Numbered from the stretch's first letter, positions 17,822-27,142 are shown. The stretch is DNA of 64,000 nt from Anaerolineae bacterium (GCA_034434635.1 DAOTYX010000079.1:16212-80211); one strand, 5' to 3'. Notes: generated from the letters alone by a model not told the origin. Numbers and translations are program-made.

Positions 17822-19401
17822 GGGGTGTTGTCGGAAAGGAGACCGTTGATCTCGTCTACAGCGCATTGACAGGCCTCGCGCACCTGCCCCCCGCGCACCA
17901 TCCGCCCGTCATACTCCTGGTCAGCCTGCTCCGCGGTCCAGCCGGACAGCACCAGCGGGAGCGGACCGCTGCCTGCGGGCAGCCACTCCCCATTATAGCG
18001 CCGGGCGAAGTGGAGATGGGTGGCGTCAGCGTAGCCGCCCTCACACGACGGATGGCCAATAGCCTGGCCCTGCTCCAGCCACGTGCTGGCCTCCACCCGG
18101 TCCTGCGCCGCGATGTGCATATACGTGAGCACCCAGCCGCTCTGCTCGTAACCGTCGCCGTCCAGATCCACCACCACCTCGCCGTAGTCGCTGCGCAGGA
18201 CCAGGCCCGGCGCGGCGGCAGTGACCCAGTCGGCGGTGACGGTGCAGCCTAACTCGTCGGCGGGGGCGAAATCGAGCGCCGCCCAGCCACTGCCACGCCC
18301 CCAGCCACCATGGGGACCACCCGTCAGGTACCAGGTCTCCCCCTCCGGCCACGGCAGGCGGAGTTCGGGCTGCGTCAGCCCCGGCGGCAGCAGCGGCTCC
18401 ACCCCATAGGCGAAGGGGTTGCCAAAGAGACGCTGGTAAGTGGCGGCGAAGCCGTCCGGTCCCACCGCCGCCGTCCACTCTGCGCCATAGAATAACTGTC
18501 CCAGAAGGCTCTGCACGGCCACCGTGCCGGCATTCAGGCCCGGTGAGATGCCCATGCGGCTGCCGTCGGCCAGGTGGATGACCGTCCAGTCGCCGTACTT
18601 CCAGCCATAGTAACCGCTGTTCAGTTCCGCTGCCGTCCAACTCAGCTGCTCGAACAGCCCCGCCTGGGTGCCCTGGTTGACCGTCACCGGATGTTCGAGG
18701 GTGTCGGCGGGCGGGTCGGGATCGGTGACCCAGCCGGCGCGCAGTTCCAACAGCGCCAGCAACACGCGCGGACCCACGCTGTACCGCTGCGCCACCAGGC
18801 GCACGATCTCGGCGCCGGTCAGCGTGTGTCCCTCCACTTCCTGAGTATAGCCGGCCAGGTAGCCGGACTGCGCGGCGACGAAGCCCTCCAGGTCGAAATG
18901 GATGTAGGCGGGGCCGTAGACCAGTTCGCTGTCGGGCAGGAGTTTGACCGCCGGGCCGAACTGGCTGGCACCGACGGGGATGGTCAGCCGTTGGCCGGGC
19001 CAGATGGCGTCGCCAGTGAGGCCATTGGCGGCGGCGATCTCGTCCACCGTGCAGTCGAAGGCGTAGGCGATGCCGCTCAGCGTGTCGCCGGTCTGCACTT
19101 CGTAGACCTGGGAGCGGGTGGGGTCGGGCCGGCCCGTCGGGGTTGGGTTGGGTGTGGGAGTGGCATCGTAGACGCCGGGGTAGGCGGGAGTCGGTGTGCC
19201 GCCTGGGGTGAGAGGAGGTTGCGCCCCCCGTTGGCCGACAGTCAGGTGTCCCGCCCCACCTGGCGGGTTCTGCAAGGCGATCTCCTCGCCAGGGGAAGGC
19301 GCTATCGGGCGCAGGCTGAGGAAGATCAAGACCGCGGCCAACATCAGCGCGACGACCGCGGCTCCGCCGATGAGGTGGGAGGAATCTCGTGTTACTTTCA
19401 T
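17815..19401 (-). CDS. Secreted LysM domain-containing M23 family metallopeptidase
   Basis: Signal/TM (HLIGGAAVVALMLAAVLIFLSL), LysM (YEVQTGDTLSGIAYAFDCTVDEIAAANGL) and a C-terminal M23 domain with GHPSCEGGYADATHLHF. The start is taken at MKVTRD. Confidence 0.7.
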   Translation of the reverse strand: MKVTRDSSHLIGGAAVVALMLAAVLIFLSLRPIAPSPGEEIALQNPPGGAGHLTVGQRGAQPPLTPGGTPTPAYPGVYDATPTPNPTPTGRPDPTRSQVYEVQTGDTLSGIAYAFDCTVDEIAAANGLTGDAIWPGQRLTIPVGASQFGPAVKLLPDSELVYGPAYIHFDLEGFVAAQSGYLAGYTQEVEGHTLTGAEIVRLVAQRYSVGPRVLLALLELRAGWVTDPDPPADTLEHPVTVNQGTQAGLFEQLSWTAAELNSGYYGWKYGDWTVIHLADGSRMGISPGLNAGTVAVQSLLGQLFYGAEWTAAVGPDGFAATYQRLFGNPFAYGVEPLLPPGLTQPELRLPWPEGETWYLTGGPHGGWGRGSGWAALDFAPADELGCTVTADWVTAAAPGLVLRSDYGEVVVDLDGDGYEQSGWVLTYMHIAAQDRVEASTWLEQGQAIGHPSCEGGYADATHLHFARRYNGEWLPAGSGPLPLVLSGWTAEQADQEYDGRMVRGGQVREACQCAVDEINGLLSDNTPR

Positions 19402-19486
19402 CTGTTCGGAGTGTAACACAAACCGGGATGCGAGGCAAACCGGATACCAGGGGGGGCCAGGCACCCCCTGGCACCTCCAGACTCAG

Positions 19487-19515
19487 TTGACGACCGGCAC
19501 GGGAGCGGGTACAAT
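19487..19515 (+). promoter_or_regulatory. Sigma70-like promoter TTGACG–17 nt–TACAAT reading into the tandem-repeat region
   Basis: TTGACG at 19487..19492 and TACAAT at 19510..19515, with a spacer of exactly 17 nt. Confidence 0.4.
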
Positions 19516-19760
19516 GACGGTGTCTCCTGCGGAGGCCTGAAGGTCGTAGCCCCTGGAGGCCGCAGCCCTTCAAGGCCATAGCCCTTCAACGCCGTAGCCC
19601 CGGCATCCCAATGCCGGGGCGGCAGGGAGTACAATGGCGGTGTCTCACGCGGAGGCCCGAAGGCCGTAGCCCTTCAACGCCGTAGCCCCGGCATCCCAAT
19701 GCCGGGGCGACCGCGGAGGCCTGAAGTGGCAGGTACCTGGAAGGTGCCTGGCACCTTTGG
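19516..19760. repeat. Tandemly duplicated structured region (two ~85–115-nt units, each ending in the family A hairpin GCCCCGGCATCCCAATGCCGGGGC) with an internal 18-mer duplication
   Basis: Unit 1 spans about 19512..19625 and unit 2 about 19626..19710. Both contain tacaatg(a/g)cggtgtctc…gcggaggcc…gtagccc…cttcaacgccgtagcc. Flanking small palindromes are ccagggggggccaggcaccccctgg and ggtgcctggcacc. Confidence 0.6.
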
Positions 19761-19931
19761 AACGGCACAGGGAGGTGCACCATCGCTGCGCGACGACCCT
19801 TCAATACCACGGCCTACCGTTACCCCAACGAGGGGCTGATCCTGGCGATCACCCTGCTACTGGTTTGTATCGTCATCGCCGTCACCGCTACCGCCACCGT
19901 CTGCCTGAGCGCGGTCTTCGTCGCAGGCGCG

Positions 19932-20618
19932 GTGGTGCTGTCCTACCTGATGACCCGCGCCCAGCACCAGGCACTGGTGGAGCATGGACTGCCGGTCACG
20001 CCGCGGCACGCCCCCGAACTGCACGCCCTGGTGACCGAGGTCGCTGCCCGCCTGCAGACCGGGCCGGTGAAGGTCTTCGTGGTCCGCGATCGCACGCTCA
20101 ACGCCTACACCTTCGGCCTGGTGCCGCCGCAGGTGGTGGTGCTCAACTCGGGCCTGTTGGAGGTGCTGGATCGGGACGAGGTGGCCTTCGTCGTGGGGCA
20201 CGAACTGGGGCATGTCCGCCTGGGCCACACCTGGCTCAACTCGCTGATCGGCGGGATGGCGGGCATTCCGAGCCCCTTCGCCGCCTCGGCGCTCCTGGCG
20301 GCGGCTTTCCTGTGGTGGAACCGCGCCTGCGAGTACTCAGCCGACCGGGCGGGGTTGTTGGCCTGCGGGCGACCTGAGAAGGCGATCTCGGCGCTGGTGC
20401 GCCTGGCGCTGGGGGAGAGAGGGCGTAGTGTGGACCTGGAGCGGGCGCTGCGGTACATCCAGGCCGAGGATGACGACCCCTTGAGCAGCCTGGGCGAGGT
20501 GCTCTCGACCCATCCGATGATGGGCCGGCGCATCGAACAGTTGCGCCGCTACGCCGCCTCCGCGGAGTATCGTCGCCTGCAGCCGTTGCTGGCGGCTAAC
20601 GCGACCAGGGCGCTGTGA
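19932..20618 (+). CDS. M48-family zinc metallopeptidase (HtpX-like)
   Basis: HELGH zinc motif (FVVGHELGHVRLGH) and a downstream E. The in-frame upstream region back to the stop at 19722 encodes a hydrophobic helix but has no ATG/GTG/TTG, so the true start is unresolved. Confidence 0.6.
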   Translation: MVLSYLMTRAQHQALVEHGLPVTPRHAPELHALVTEVAARLQTGPVKVFVVRDRTLNAYTFGLVPPQVVVLNSGLLEVLDRDEVAFVVGHELGHVRLGHTWLNSLIGGMAGIPSPFAASALLAAAFLWWNRACEYSADRAGLLACGRPEKAISALVRLALGERGRSVDLERALRYIQAEDDDPLSSLGEVLSTHPMMGRRIEQLRRYAASAEYRRLQPLLAANATRAL

Positions 20619-20631
20619 GGTGCAGGGCCTT

Positions 20632-20686
20632 TGCCACGAATGGCACGAATTGCACGAATCCTTTGTCCAATTCGTGCCATTCGTGG
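20632..20686. terminator. Perfect 20-bp-stem hairpin between convergent genes, built from three tandem 9-mers (gcacgaat-n) and their inverse
   Basis: GCCACGAATGGCACGAATTG (20632..20651) and CAATTCGTGCCATTCGTGGC (20667..20686) are exact reverse complements. It lies between the M48 gene (+) and the nitroreductase gene (-). Confidence 0.55.
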
Positions 20687-20700
20687 CAGCCGATCACCCC

Positions 20701-21192
20701 CTACCACCTTTCGCGGTGCACCTTGCGCTCGTCGTACTGGGTGCGCGGGGGTTTGGACTCCGCCGGGCGGCCCACCGGCACCAGGCAGAGGATGCTCACC
20801 TCGGGCGGAATGTCCAGCGCCGCCCGCACATGCGCTTCGCGCTGCGGGTCCGGGTAGATCCCGATCCAGACCGCCCCCAGGCCCAGCCCGGCAGCGGCCA
20901 GCAGCAGGTTCTCCGTCGCCGCGCTGGTGTCTTCCACCCAGTGCCGCTGCTCCGTCCGCCCGCAGACGACAAAGACCACCGGCGCCCCAGCGCACATATG
21001 GCTCCAGGTGTGGGTTTCGGCGAGCGTGCGGCGCATGGCGGCATCCTTCACAACGACGAACTCCCATGACTGCTCGTTGTTCGCCGACGGCGCGGCCATG
21101 GCCGCTTCCAGGAGTATGCGGATCTCCTCATCCGACACCGGCTCAGCGGTGTACTTGCGGATGCTGCGCCGTTTCTTGATCAGGTCGAGCAT
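20701..21192 (-). CDS. Nitroreductase family protein
   Basis: The KRRSIRKY N-terminal motif and the FMN-binding fold signature of the NADH nitroreductase family. 163 aa. Confidence 0.75.
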   Translation of the reverse strand: MLDLIKKRRSIRKYTAEPVSDEEIRILLEAAMAAPSANNEQSWEFVVVKDAAMRRTLAETHTWSHMCAGAPVVFVVCGRTEQRHWVEDTSAATENLLLAAAGLGLGAVWIGIYPDPQREAHVRAALDIPPEVSILCLVPVGRPAESKPPRTQYDERKVHRERW

Positions 21193-21201
21193 GCCCCCTC
21201 C

Positions 21202-22419
21202 TTACGCCTGCGTCTCCCGTCGGTAGGCGACCTGCCCATCCACCAGCACCAGTTCGGCGACGGTGCGGTAGTCGAGCGGGTGGCCGCTGAAGACGACGAT
21301 GTCGGCGTCCTTCCCCACCTCCAGGCTGCCCACGCGGCGTTCCACGCCGATGATCTCGGCGGCGTTGATGGTGATGGCCTTCAGCGCCTCCTCCTCCGGC
21401 ATGCCCTCGCGTACCGCCAATGCCGCGTTGATGGTCAGGTACTTCACTGCCGACATCTCGTCGGTCTGGATGGCCACTTTGACCCCCGCGCGGGCCATCA
21501 GGCCGGGGTTCCTGGGGGTCATGTCGCGCAGTTCGTACTTCACGCGGGAGAAGAGGATCGGGCCGGCAGTGACGGGGATGCGCTTGGCGGCCAGGATGTC
21601 GGCGATCTTGTACCCCTCGGTGGCGTGTTCCAGGGTCAGGTCGAGGTTGAACTCCTCGGCGATGCGGATGGCGGTGAGCATGTCGTCGGCGCGATGGGCG
21701 TGGACGCGCGCCTTCATCTCCCGGCGCAGCACCCGACCCAGCGCCTCCAACTTCAGGTCGCGTTCCGGTGGGGTCGGCGGTTTGGCCTTCTCGTCCCCCG
21801 CGGTTGCCTTGTCCTGGTACTCCTCCAGTTCCCGGTGGTAGCGGCTCCACTTGTCCAGGTAGTTCTGCGCCTCCACCAGCGCGGCGCGCAGGGCAGCGGC
21901 ATTGCCCATGCGGGTGGAGGGGGTCTTCTTCTGCTCGCCGTAGACCCGCTTGGGGTTCTCGCCGAGGGCCATCTTCATCCCCGCCGGCTCCAGCAGCACC
22001 ATCTGTTCGACGCTGGGCCGGGGCATGGTCTTCACGCAGACCCACTGCCCGCCGATGAGGTTGCCGCTGCCGGGGCCGGTGAGCACCGTCGTCACGCCGG
22101 CGGCCACCAGTTCGGGGAAGGCGGGGTCTTCCGGATGGAGCGCGTCCAACGCCCGCAGGTGCGGGGTGATGGGGTCGGTCATCTCGTTGCCGTCGGCGTG
22201 CTCCCAACCCACGCCGTCGGCGAAGACTCCCACATGGCAGTGGGCGTCAATCAGGCCGGGCAGCACCACCTTGCCGGTGGCGTCGTAGATCTCGGCGTCC
22301 TCGGGGATTTCCACCCGTTCGCCCACGGCGACGATGCGCCCGCCCTCGACCAATACCGTGCCGCGCTCGAATGTGCCCTGCGTGATGGTCATCACTTTGC
22401 CGTTGGTAATAGCGATCAT
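21202..22419 (-). CDS. Amidohydrolase family protein
   Basis: The metal-binding HxH (LPGLIDAHCHVG) and the overall amidohydrolase (TIM-barrel metallo-dependent hydrolase) pattern. It lies 10 nt upstream of the nitroreductase gene on the same strand. Confidence 0.75.
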   Translation of the reverse strand: MIAITNGKVMTITQGTFERGTVLVEGGRIVAVGERVEIPEDAEIYDATGKVVLPGLIDAHCHVGVFADGVGWEHADGNEMTDPITPHLRALDALHPEDPAFPELVAAGVTTVLTGPGSGNLIGGQWVCVKTMPRPSVEQMVLLEPAGMKMALGENPKRVYGEQKKTPSTRMGNAAALRAALVEAQNYLDKWSRYHRELEEYQDKATAGDEKAKPPTPPERDLKLEALGRVLRREMKARVHAHRADDMLTAIRIAEEFNLDLTLEHATEGYKIADILAAKRIPVTAGPILFSRVKYELRDMTPRNPGLMARAGVKVAIQTDEMSAVKYLTINAALAVREGMPEEEALKAITINAAEIIGVERRVGSLEVGKDADIVVFSGHPLDYRTVAELVLVDGQVAYRRETQA

Positions 22420-22533
22420 ATCTCACTCCTTGTCTGTAGACATCGCGTATGTGTTCAGCCTGTGCATACGGCCACAGATGCTACGAAAGCCTGCAGGGTC
22501 CCCTGGCCAGAGGCGGCCCAAACCAGAGCAGCC

Positions 22534-23583
22534 CTAACCGTGCGAGCGGGCCAGCGGCAGGTAGAGCCTGGCAGAGGGCACCCAGACCTGCGCCGAGTCC
22601 GGGTCCACCATCCACGGCGACACATCTACCGCCTCGAAATCGGCGCCGGTGACCTGGCGCAGTTCGTTGACCAGGGTATCGTTGTCCCATCGCTCGTCCG
22701 GCGCGCCGGAGACGTACCACGGAGCGCCGTTGTCAGCCAGGATCATGCCGTAACGCTGCAGCGCGCGCAGGATCACCTGGACCTCTGGCGAGAAGCCACC
22801 AAGGTCGAAGTCGCGGCGCAGACGGAAGCGCTGGCCCATCGGCGGGTACTGCGCGCCGGTGAGACTGGATGCGTAGTGGCGAGCGGGCCAGACGTAGGCG
22901 CGGCGCGTCTGCGGGGCGGTGAAGCGCAGGGCATGGCGGATCTCGCCGCTGACCACCTCGTCGTAGCGGACCAGTCCCGGCAAGATGGGCAGGCCGGCGG
23001 CATCGGCGGAGGTCCAACCGGCAGGCCGCAGGTTGTTGCTGTTCAGGTCGAACCGCGCCCCGGAGTCGGCCTCCCACGAGCCGTCCGGTTGTGGGTAGGC
23101 GGCGTAAAGTTCATATAGGAGGCAGGTCTCTTCCTGAAGCACCAGCACATGCCGGTCGCCTTCCGCCTGTGGGCCGCCCTCGATGGGCGCGTTGGGTGGG
23201 ATGGGGTAGGGGCCGGGGTCGCTCTCATCGCCGTAGGCGACAAAGGTGACGGTCACCGGTTGTTGGGAGGAGGGGACGATGACGTAAGGGATGCCGATGG
23301 GCGCGCCAGAGCCAGGCGGCCAGTCACCGGAGCCAAAGTCGGGGTGAACGGGCGCGTCGGCCCCGATGGCAGCAATGTAGAGGTCGGATTGGGGGTCCGC
23401 CGGCAGGCCGTCCACACGCATATTCCACACATTGTCGGCGGGGAAGACAGTGCAACCGCCCAGTTCGGGCGGTGACTGGGCATAGGTTGAGGCGGCAGTG
23501 GGAGAAGAGGAAGGCGCGCCGCCGCAGGCCAGGAGGACAAGGAGCGTCACTGCGCTTAGGGCTATGAGCGGGTTGCGTTTCAT
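22534..23583 (-). CDS. Secreted lipoprotein, function unknown
   Basis: The start is taken at MKRNPLIALSAVTLLVLLACGG (lipobox LLAC). No recognised catalytic motifs. The ORF track N-extension is Arg-rich antisense-like sequence. Confidence 0.45.
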   Translation of the reverse strand: MKRNPLIALSAVTLLVLLACGGAPSSSPTAASTYAQSPPELGGCTVFPADNVWNMRVDGLPADPQSDLYIAAIGADAPVHPDFGSGDWPPGSGAPIGIPYVIVPSSQQPVTVTFVAYGDESDPGPYPIPPNAPIEGGPQAEGDRHVLVLQEETCLLYELYAAYPQPDGSWEADSGARFDLNSNNLRPAGWTSADAAGLPILPGLVRYDEVVSGEIRHALRFTAPQTRRAYVWPARHYASSLTGAQYPPMGQRFRLRRDFDLGGFSPEVQVILRALQRYGMILADNGAPWYVSGAPDERWDNDTLVNELRQVTGADFEAVDVSPWMVDPDSAQVWVPSARLYLPLARSHG

Positions 23584-23600
23584 TGCCCCTTCCTGGTCTC

Positions 23601-26243
23601 TCACCCTCCGGCGGCCAGTTGCCCCGGCGTGAAGGTCATCCCGCCGTCGGTGGAATGGGCGATGTAGACATCCCACTCGTCGCCGCGCTGATGCGCCCAG
23701 GCCACGTGGATGCGACCCGCGCCGTCCACAGCGACCGTGGGGGTGTGCAACACGTCTCCATCCGCCTGCGCCACCCCGACCCCGGCGCTGAAGGTGCGCC
23801 CGCCGTCGTCGGAGCGGTAGAACCACACCCAACTCCCATCGCGCGGGCTGTAGGTGGTGAGGGCCACATAGATGGTGGTGCCGTCAGCGGTCAGGCTAAC
23901 CTCGGTCGGGCGGACGGAGACGTACCGATAGCCCTCACCCACCTGCCGCGGGTCGGTGAAGGTCGCCCCGCCGTCGGCGGAGAGGGCGTAGACGGGCAGA
24001 TAGAGGAGCGCGTTGTAGGTGGGGTGGCGAATATAGGCGTTGCTCCAGGCCAGATGGACGTGACCGCGAGGCCCCATCGCCAGGGCAGGGAGTTCGTCGC
24101 TCAGGTCAGCCACCAGGCCGCTGCCCACGACCCGGTCTGCGCCAAAGCCGCCCCCTGCGTCGACGGCGTATCGGATGGCCCAGGCGCCCGAGCGGTCGTC
24201 GGCCCAGGCCACGTGGACGCGGCCCTGCCCATCCACGCCGATGACCGGGTCTACCTGCTGGCCGCCGGCGGGGTCGTTGACGCGCACGTTGACGCCGAAA
24301 GAGGCGCAACCGTCGGATGAACGGGCCGTGTAGATGTCCCAATCCCCGTCGCGACGGTCCTGCCAGGCCAGGACGACCAGGCCGTCCCGCCCGGCGGCCA
24401 GCGCCGGGTGGCCCTGCTCTGCACTGCCGATGTCGACACTGACGAGTACAGCGGGCGCGAAGGTGAGCCCATCGTCGGAACGGGCGCAGAAGATGTCCCC
24501 GCTGCCGTAGCGCCAGTCCTCCCAGGCGATGTAGACGCGGCCGTCGGGAGCCACGGCCAGCGCAGGGTAGCCGCGCCCGGGGGTGGGCGCCTGAGGGTTC
24601 ACCGCCGCCAGCGGGGTGAAGGTAAGGCCGCCGTCAGTCGAGCGGGCGGCGTGGACCTCCCATGAGCCGCTGCTTGTGTCGGCCCAGGCCAGGTAGAGGG
24701 CGGCAGGGCCGGCGGCCAGCACGGGGTGCGGGGCGGTGTGCACCGGGACGGCAGCGGAGGAGGCAGGAGTAGAGGTCGGGATAAGAGGGGTCTCCTCCGT
24801 CAAGAAGCCGACCGCGATGAAGGAGTTGCGCCCACGGTCGTTCAGGCAGACCGTGCCGCCGCTGGGCAGGCTCACTTCGAGGAAGAGGACGTCGCCAGGT
24901 CGGCCGTCCAGGGCAGGACCACGGGCGATGCCGTTGTCCTCCCCCTCGCGGCCCTGCCACTCCGCCAGCAACCTCTCCTGACCGTCACGCAGGCGCAGCA
25001 GCAGGCGCACGTTGTACCGTCCGCGGATACCGGGAAGAGAATAACTGTACGTGTCGCCGTCCAGGGGATGGGTCAGCGTGAACGCCCAGGTCTGGACGCA
25101 CTGCCAGGTGCATTCCATGTAGGAACTGGTGTTTGCTGGCGGCGGCTCCACGGTGAGCACCCCCTCTTCACCCAGATAGAACCGCTGGACGGAGGAGACC
25201 TCTGGGATGACAGCGGGCACGGTGGGGGCGGTGGTGGGGGAGACGACAGGCGTGCCCGAAAGGCGGTTGTAAAGGGAGATCAGCACGCTGCCGCCCAGCA
25301 GCAACGCTGCCAGCAGGCACGCCACGGCCAGAAGGGCCAGCAGCGCGTAGCCCCAGGCCGGGAGACGGCGAGTGGGTGCGCGGCGGGGAACCGGGCGGGT
25401 GGCCGCCTCACCTGCCGTCTCTGCCACCTCCACCGCGGCCAGCGCCTGGGCCAGTTCCCCGGCTGTCTGGTAGCGGTCCTCCGGCCGCTTGGCCAGCGCC
25501 TTGAGGATGATCCTTTCGACGCTCTCCGGCATAGCGGGGTTGAGGATGCGCGGCAGGGGCAGTGGGTCGTGGATGTGCTTGACCAACACGGCCATCGGCG
25601 TCTCAGCCAGGAAGGGGGGGCGGCCGGTCAGCATCTCGTAGAGGATCACGCCCAGCGAGTAGACATCGCTCCGCCCGTCCAGAGGCTGGCCCAGGGCCTG
25701 CTCCGGCGAGGCGTAGGCAGGCGTGCCAAGAAAGTCGCCGGTGGCGGTGATGTGACTGGTCCCCTCCAGCATCTTGGCGATGCCGAAATCGCTCAACAGA
25801 CAGTTGCCCTGCTCGTCCATCAGCACGTTGCTGGGCTTCACGTCGCGGTGGACGACCGAGCGGGAGTGGGCATAATCCAGCGCGGCGGCGAGTTGGGAGA
25901 GGATGCGGCGGGCTTCCGGGAGCGGGAGAGGCCGGCCCTTCAGGCGATCGGCCAGGGTGCCGCCCTCGACGTAGCGCATCACCAGGTAGGTGTAGCCATC
26001 GGCCTCGCCGTAGTCGTACACCGGAAGGATGTGGGGGTGCTCCAGGCTGGCGATGACCCGCGCCTCCTGCGCGAAGCGCCGGGCGAAGCCGGGCTCGGCG
26101 GCGTAGTGGCGCGGCAGGATCTTGAGGGCGACGATGCGGTCCATGCTGGGCTGGAAGGCCTTGTAGACCGCAGCCATCCCGCCCTCGCCAAGCGGAGCGA
26201 TGACCCGATACGGACCCAGTTGCCGACCGCTGAGATCTTCCAT
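23601..26243 (-). CDS. Ser/Thr protein kinase with extracellular BNR/Asp-box repeat (sialidase-like beta-propeller) sensor domain
   Basis: Kinase subdomains (GEGGMAAVYKA, HRDVKPSNVLMD, DFGIAK), one TM helix (LPAWGYALLALLAVACLLAALLLGG), then repeated SxDxGxTF/W Asp-boxes (STDGGLTFT, SDDGLTFA, SADGGATFT, SDDGGRTFS, STDGGMTFT). Confidence 0.8.
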   Translation of the reverse strand: MEDLSGRQLGPYRVIAPLGEGGMAAVYKAFQPSMDRIVALKILPRHYAAEPGFARRFAQEARVIASLEHPHILPVYDYGEADGYTYLVMRYVEGGTLADRLKGRPLPLPEARRILSQLAAALDYAHSRSVVHRDVKPSNVLMDEQGNCLLSDFGIAKMLEGTSHITATGDFLGTPAYASPEQALGQPLDGRSDVYSLGVILYEMLTGRPPFLAETPMAVLVKHIHDPLPLPRILNPAMPESVERIILKALAKRPEDRYQTAGELAQALAAVEVAETAGEAATRPVPRRAPTRRLPAWGYALLALLAVACLLAALLLGGSVLISLYNRLSGTPVVSPTTAPTVPAVIPEVSSVQRFYLGEEGVLTVEPPPANTSSYMECTWQCVQTWAFTLTHPLDGDTYSYSLPGIRGRYNVRLLLRLRDGQERLLAEWQGREGEDNGIARGPALDGRPGDVLFLEVSLPSGGTVCLNDRGRNSFIAVGFLTEETPLIPTSTPASSAAVPVHTAPHPVLAAGPAALYLAWADTSSGSWEVHAARSTDGGLTFTPLAAVNPQAPTPGRGYPALAVAPDGRVYIAWEDWRYGSGDIFCARSDDGLTFAPAVLVSVDIGSAEQGHPALAAGRDGLVVLAWQDRRDGDWDIYTARSSDGCASFGVNVRVNDPAGGQQVDPVIGVDGQGRVHVAWADDRSGAWAIRYAVDAGGGFGADRVVGSGLVADLSDELPALAMGPRGHVHLAWSNAYIRHPTYNALLYLPVYALSADGGATFTDPRQVGEGYRYVSVRPTEVSLTADGTTIYVALTTYSPRDGSWVWFYRSDDGGRTFSAGVGVAQADGDVLHTPTVAVDGAGRIHVAWAHQRGDEWDVYIAHSTDGGMTFTPGQLAAGG

Positions 26244-26278
26244 CGTACGCTCTTTCTGGGATTGGGCCGGTTCCCGGG

Positions 26279-27097
26279 CTAGGCTACCTGCCGGCCGGGG
26301 ATTGGCGGGCCGCCGGCATAGACAGCGGTGACCGCCAGCGCCCCCACAGGCGCACCGAGCCGCCGCTGGCTGCCCAGCCAGCGACCGTGGACCTGGAAGG
26401 AGACCGCGCCGAAGGTGAGCAGCGACGCGGCCACGGGCGTGTCGGCGGCCAGCCCCTGGAGCGCCTCGGCGGCCAGTCCCTGCGCACAGACCATCGCCTG
26501 CGCCCCCGCCGGCTGTAGCGAAAGCAGCGGCACCACGACGGGGTAGCCCTCATCGTCCAGGAAGGCCAGCACCCGCACCGCCGAGAGCGGCGAGAAGTGC
26601 TGACGCACCACCGGCGGCATCGTCACAGCATCTGCCGGCAGCGCGGACGGACGGGCGACCAGCCGCGCCAGCAGGTAGTCCCCCAGCACACGCAGCTTCG
26701 AGAGGCGGAAGTGGCGCTGCACTCCCCGCACCTCGATGATGCCCGCGTTGCGGATGCCGGTGTAGGCGTTGTAGCGCAGCAGGTCGGTGTTCATGATCGC
26801 TTCGACATACGGCCCTGTCCGCTGCCACCCTGCGAAGTTCCCCTGCAGCGTCCACCCCTCCAACGCCGTGGTGATGACCAGGATGCCCACGCGCGGGTCG
26901 GCCTCCAGGTTGCCCACGGACTTGCGCAGCAGGAAGTTGCCGAAGATGAGGCGATCCTCCATATCCCCGGCGGGCATGATAGATGTCACGGGCACGACGT
27001 TGGGGACGCCTTCGGCGGAGCGGGTGGCCAGGAACTTGGGGGTCATCCCGTCGCCCAGCGCCTTCAGCAGGCCAGGGTGAGGCGTCATATGGGACAT
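26279..27097 (-). CDS. Pyridoxamine 5'-phosphate oxidase-like (split-barrel FMN-binding) family protein
   Basis: The start is at MSHMTP with a GGAGGT RBS. The N-terminal segment (TRSAEGVPNVVPVTSI) resembles PPOX-class split-barrel proteins. There are two tandem domains. Confidence 0.45.
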   Translation of the reverse strand: MSHMTPHPGLLKALGDGMTPKFLATRSAEGVPNVVPVTSIMPAGDMEDRLIFGNFLLRKSVGNLEADPRVGILVITTALEGWTLQGNFAGWQRTGPYVEAIMNTDLLRYNAYTGIRNAGIIEVRGVQRHFRLSKLRVLGDYLLARLVARPSALPADAVTMPPVVRQHFSPLSAVRVLAFLDDEGYPVVVPLLSLQPAGAQAMVCAQGLAAEALQGLAADTPVAASLLTFGAVSFQVHGRWLGSQRRLGAPVGALAVTAVYAGGPPIPGRQVA

Positions 27098-27142
27098 CGT
27101 GAACCTCCGTTTGTCGGGCGGTGCCAGGTGAGTTACCAGGTG

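Noticed and set aside
18041-19579. 512-aa minus-strand ORF. The ORFs 21280..23118 (+), 12329..13456 (-) and 105..860 (+) were treated likewise.
   Set aside because: Each overlaps a motif-supported gene on the other strand or frame. All are Arg/Gly/Pro-rich shadow ORFs with no recognisable domains.
19487-19760. Possible CRISPR array
   Set aside because: Only two large (~85–115 nt) near-identical units without interspersed unique spacers of regular length. No cas genes anywhere in the window.
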